DNA of 64,000 nucleotides from Candidatus Babeliales bacterium (GTDB lineage Bacteria; Babelota; Babeliae; Babelales; Vermiphilaceae): NCBI GenBank assembly GCA_963743635.1, contig CAVUQO010000002.1, positions 480,001 to 544,000 of the forward strand, read 5' to 3'. Shown piece by piece: positions 62,262 to 64,000 of this stretch (position 1 is its first letter; each line of letters starts with the position of its first letter). The notes under the pieces were generated by a model. It saw only the letters and a program-made list of their open reading frames with translations, ran no database searches and was not told where the DNA came from. The position numbers and the translations under genes were made by a program.

Positions 62262-63239
62262 TTATTGGTTTTGTCTACAATATGGACATGTTTTAGTGAT
62301 ATTGGGATCATAGAGATTATTGAGATCGATACACTCTTTATGGAATTTATGTCTGCATCTTAATGATTTAATGGGGCGAGCACTATCCATCGTGGAATAG
62401 CATATGCTGCACTTGTTATCGGCGTTCTGAATTTCTTCAGGCATATCTGCTGCTGGCATAGATTCTTTTATTTCGCTTACCAAAAACCATGCAACATTTC
62501 GATTGTTCTGCTCAGCAGTGAATGCATGTAACGCTGAATGATCTTCTGTGTTATCAACATGGCCTTCTAGTAATCGTTCAGTATTGCGTGACTTCTTATG
62601 ATTAAGATATGCCAAACCTGCACCAATAAGAATAGCGGCACCGGGTTTTAAGATAGAATCCTTGGTTCCATTCCACAGTATCGGCTTCACAATATCAAAA
62701 GATCCTGGATATTTTGTATTTAAGGCATAACATTCGCCGACGACTGTCAGAACACCTATTGTGTTTGCAAGAAGAGCAATAGATTTGTAGAATAGACCGG
62801 TGGTAAGGATGCTCTCGAGTGCATCATGAATATCACGCTCATTGCGTAATGTTGCGATCGTGTTTTTCGCCGATTTCTTATCATGAGCTTCATAGGTAAT
62901 AGTGCCTTTGACCTCATAGACACGATCATAGTAGGTATGATCAAATCTATTAATTGGTGTGCCAAGTGTACTAGTATCTATTGCAATTGAATCATTGAGC
63001 TTAAGCTTGGCTTTCCAGTCATTTTTCAATTGTGTGGCCCCTTGAGGTTCCAGAGATTTAAGAATTCCGGCCACTTCAGGCATAGTTGGTGCTTGCACCA
63101 AAAGAAATGGTCTTTCTAATAAGCTTGCCTTCAGCAGTTTCAGCGATTTTGGTAATGGATCCATTGCCTGCATAGTCCCCTGGGAAATTAATCCCATGGT
63201 GAATGCGAGTAGTATTGATTTTAAAGTCGTCTTTTTCAT
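62262..63239 (-). CDS. Exported/membrane protein with C-terminal RING-H2 finger
   Basis: Signal MQA-M; two hydrophobic segments; CSIC...CRHKFHKEC...CPYCR. Confidence 0.82.
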   Translation of the reverse strand: MKKTTLKSILLAFTMGLISQGTMQAMDPLPKSLKLLKASLLERPFLLVQAPTMPEVAGILKSLEPQGATQLKNDWKAKLKLNDSIAIDTSTLGTPINRFDHTYYDRVYEVKGTITYEAHDKKSAKNTIATLRNERDIHDALESILTTGLFYKSIALLANTIGVLTVVGECYALNTKYPGSFDIVKPILWNGTKDSILKPGAAILIGAGLAYLNHKKSRNTERLLEGHVDNTEDHSALHAFTAEQNNRNVAWFLVSEIKESMPAADMPEEIQNADNKCSICYSTMDSARPIKSLRCRHKFHKECIDLNNLYDPNITKTCPYCRQNQ

Positions 63240-63277
63240 TATGGAGCCTTCATATTCGTTATTTTAATTGAGATCAA

Positions 63278-64000
63278 TTATTGTTGTACTCTTCTACAGG
63301 TTGGGCACGTGAGCGCGTGATGATTTGTTCTTTGTGTTGCAAACCACCGATTGATGCAATCTGCATGAAATGTGTGTGCGCAAGTCAGTACTCTTAGATT
63401 ATTATCATGAGATGGTATAGCATCCTGACAAATAGCACATTCACTTTCTTCCGCTTCATTTGCATCTACGTGACGTTCAGCTACTGGGTGCGCTGCAACT
63501 GCGGCTCCTGGTAGTGCATATGCTGGTTCTGGTGCTTGTGCAGGGCGGTAGCTTTCAGCGATATGGAGCGCATTGTATGCGAGATGTACTCCACTAATAC
63601 ACATGAAGCCTATACAGACTCCTGCCACTCGAGGGAACTGGGTGACTATTCTACTTAAGGCAGAAGTTACCGATCGAGCAACCAATGATGGCAAAGTATT
63701 TGGTTCGATTTGTTGTGTCGGTGGTGTAATACCCAGAATGCGATCTCTCATGCGATCGCCGAGCGCCTGTAGGTTCTGTAATGATTCAAGAAGTGTGTCT
63801 TCAAATATACTGCGACGAGCTCCGAGATTTTGTAATGCTTCAATAAGTTTATCGAGTAATTTTTCTTGTCTGATTGCGGGAGCTTGCACCGAAGTCAATA
63901 TATGATATGCCGCGATTGGAGTAGTTACGACTCCTGAGCATAACGCTGCGCAAAATATGTCGTATTGTTCAGGATTGAGTCGGCGTAACCTTGCCAACAG
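63278..64000 (-). CDS. Protein with C-terminal RING-H2 finger (5' end probably beyond the window)
   Basis: CAIC...LTCAHTFHADCINRW...CPTCR; hydrophobic segments upstream. Confidence 0.85.
   Translation of the reverse strand: MLARLRRLNPEQYDIFCAALCSGVVTTPIAAYHILTSVQAPAIRQEKLLDKLIEALQNLGARRSIFEDTLLESLQNLQALGDRMRDRILGITPPTQQIEPNTLPSLVARSVTSALSRIVTQFPRVAGVCIGFMCISGVHLAYNALHIAESYRPAQAPEPAYALPGAAVAAHPVAERHVDANEAEESECAICQDAIPSHDNNLRVLTCAHTFHADCINRWFATQRTNHHALTCPTCRRVQQ

Noticed and set aside
1..64000. CRISPR array, prophage, IS element or rRNA
   Set aside because: No regularly spaced direct repeats, phage structural genes, transposase motifs or rRNA-like sequence were seen.

Overview
AT-rich bacterial chromosome segment. 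The gene style suggests an intracellular parasite of protists, most likely Candidatus Dependentiae (TM6/Babeliae); this assignment is an inference, not a search result. Housekeeping genes include rpmE, prfA, pyrG, brnQ, ppsA, pheS, tRNA-Phe, dnaE, yicC, yebC, ruvB and rodA. They are interleaved with many signal-peptide-bearing orphan or eukaryote-like proteins. Many genes, including essential ones, are broken by small indels, most likely sequencing or assembly errors. Main observations: (1) a candidate exported ubiquitin toolkit of three RING proteins plus two papain/Josephin-like proteases, one carrying MIU-MIU-UIM ubiquitin-binding motifs; (2) a recurring signal peptide followed by A/G/S-Met, which would give about ten exported proteins a new Met N-terminus; (3) a conserved Fn3-like C-terminal module on unrelated passengers, next to a small outer-membrane barrel; (4) two signal-peptide MutS-domain-V ATPases; (5) an unbroken 24-Cys heptad protein; (6) an Ile/Leu/Val-rich uORF upstream of brnQ; (7) a dispersed REP-like element with a covarying hairpin. 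No CRISPR array, rRNA or transposase was seen.
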